From Hormiphora californensis (lineage: Eukaryota > Animalia > Ctenophora), in NCBI GenBank assembly GCA_020137815.1, contig CM035355.1:4650001-4714000 (forward strand): a stretch of 64,000 nt of DNA, given 5' to 3'. Positions 62,211-64,000 of the stretch are shown here, in pieces. The stretch's first letter is position 1; every line of letters begins with the position of its first letter. The position numbers were made by a program, and so were the translations under genes. The notes under the pieces are model-generated. The model saw only the letters and a program-made list of their open reading frames with translations, was not told the origin of the DNA and made no database searches.

Positions 62211-62704
62211 TAGTCAGCTGGCTGCTCATGCCTCACCTCTGGACAGATGTCACCCGTCAATCAGGGGTATCCCGTGGGGTCTCGCTGAACCGTTTATTTG
62301 ATGAGTATGAGACTTCTACCGCCCGCTTTCAGTTCATTTCATGAGAAAACTCAACTACTTTCTGCCTTAATTTAGTACTTTAGTAATTTCCCCCTGCCCA
62401 GAAATTAGAATAACAATTAGCTTTTATGCTTTTGAAAAACGTCAATGCGTTGTTGCCTTTTTCGACCTTCTCTCCCCGCACCCTGCTAGCATAAAATAAA
62501 ATGGGTTTGAACAAATTATATTACAAAACAAAAGCTCTGCTCGGAGTAAACCCATTTTATTTTATGCAGTGCTTCCTCCATTATAATAGTTTGTCTCAAC
62601 TTGTTCTTGTAATGAGAGAATGATTATTAAATCTGTACATACCAAATGTAACAGTCGTTCATCAGCAATTATTCCCAATTTTCTAACACCACTCCCGTCT
62701 TAGA

Positions 62705-63873
62705 ATGCGTCGGTCCCAATCGAAGCGAGTGAGCTTCCACCAGGAGGTCACAGTAAAGGAATTCATTAAACGGAACAACAACAGCTCTCTCGAATCATTC
62801 GACTCTCCCAGATCTCTACCGAGCTCCCATCAACGAGACCGCTGAAAGTGAAGACATGGACATTACCAGCTGTACCCCACCTGAACAATCATTTCGTGGC
62901 GAGAGAACCATCATGGATGATATCGACATGGACATAACATCCACCTCATCTAACAATGATGTGGGGGAGCTAACGATGATGGTGAACGCTGATCTGGGTG
63001 GTGGAGGTGTTGCTGATGAGTGCCCTGATTTGACGGTTTATAATCCCACTAACATGGGAGGAGGAGGAGGAGGAGGGAAAGGGGGCCGTGTTGATGAGGA
63101 TACAATTGATAATATGATACACCATACAGGGTGGAGTTTTGATAACTTGAACCGGATTGTCAATGGTAAGCTAGACACAACCTCAACCGGAAATACTACA
63201 GTTGATGAAACATCATTTGTCCGTCGTAGTACCCGTCGGGTTAATAAAAGTGCTAATGACAGTCTGGTGATGAAAACACCCGTGGTAACTCTGACCAGGT
63301 CACGTAAAACAAGGAACTCTCCGTCTGCCAGTAAGCCTATCAATACTAGCTCAACCAGTAAATCCAGTCTCAAACAGCAACTCCCAGCCGCCACACAATC
63401 TCAATTAGCCCAACTTGGAGCGTTCAATATTTCAGACGCGTCTGCTCTGGCCGAGTTTTCCGATATTGACCTACTTGAAAATTTAACTGATAAAGATATG
63501 ACTGTCAACACAAGTGGTATGACATCATTTGCGGCATCAGAGAGGAGTTTGGTTGCAGATAGTGAACCGCCTACACCAGCCCAGGGCTGTTCAGAAAAAA
63601 GGGACCGATTGGAGAGATTGACGAGAGAAAATGAGGAGAGAAAGGAGAAAAACAATCGGTTGTGTGAGATTATTTTGGAGAAGTATCAGACAACTCAACA
63701 TCCGTTTGTGAGTAAGTGTGTCGAGGCTGCTGTGAGATCTGGGAGAGATTGGGACAAGAGATTTGCCGAGTTTTCCTCTTTCGGCTAGGTGATTTGAAGA
63801 AAAGTAAATGCCAAAATATTGTACTTATCCGCTTGGTAGCAACGTTGATAAAAGATATGCTAGAGCACTACAA
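62705..63873 (+). CDS. KNL1/Spc105-like kinetochore scaffold, 5' part; two apparent frameshifts; continues beyond the window
   Basis: ATG at 62705 gives MRRSQSKRVSFHQEVTVKEF (RVSF PP1-binding motif). The adjacent frame (62856-63788) has MELT-like motifs (DMDIT twice, GELT, PDLT, DMT) in a low-complexity S/T/D-rich region, followed by a predicted coiled coil (EKRDRLERLTRENEERKEKNNRL). Confidence 0.55.
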
Positions 63874-64000
63874 AGTTTGTATTAACCTATTATCATTCAT
63901 CATTGCCAATTCATATTTACGTGTGTTTTGTTAGATTCGCCTATTTATTTTGAACCATTCCCTCCCGCCCAATCCCACTACAACTCAGCAGCGGCCGCCG

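Overview
Eukaryotic, intron-rich, compact animal genomic DNA, not prokaryotic. Some short repeat families resemble ones I recall from a ctenophore (Pleurobrachia-like) assembly; this is recollection, not a search result. Genes assembled by hand from exons: PHB2 (-), a small RGS gene (+), then ten consecutive minus-strand genes (F8A1/HAP40, SF3B5, EIPR1, UGGT, DPM2, DENND11, a CENP-B/pogo-HTH gene, PNO1, COG3, GRWD1), and a KNL1/Spc105-like gene (+) running off the right end. The ten co-oriented genes are mostly 170-570 bp apart and each has an unpaired 3' splice acceptor just upstream of its ATG, suggesting an operon-like unit resolved by spliced-leader trans-splicing. Mobile DNA: an intact APE-RT-RNaseH non-LTR retrotransposon inserted between a UGGT branch point and acceptor, three ~1.4 kb near-palindromic DNA elements with different TSD signatures, a 2.8 kb TIR element with nested satellite and Helitron-like ends, a Helentron-like array, MITEs, a Helitron Rep fragment and a CR1/L2 remnant. 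Exon coordinates were read by eye and may be off by a few bases.
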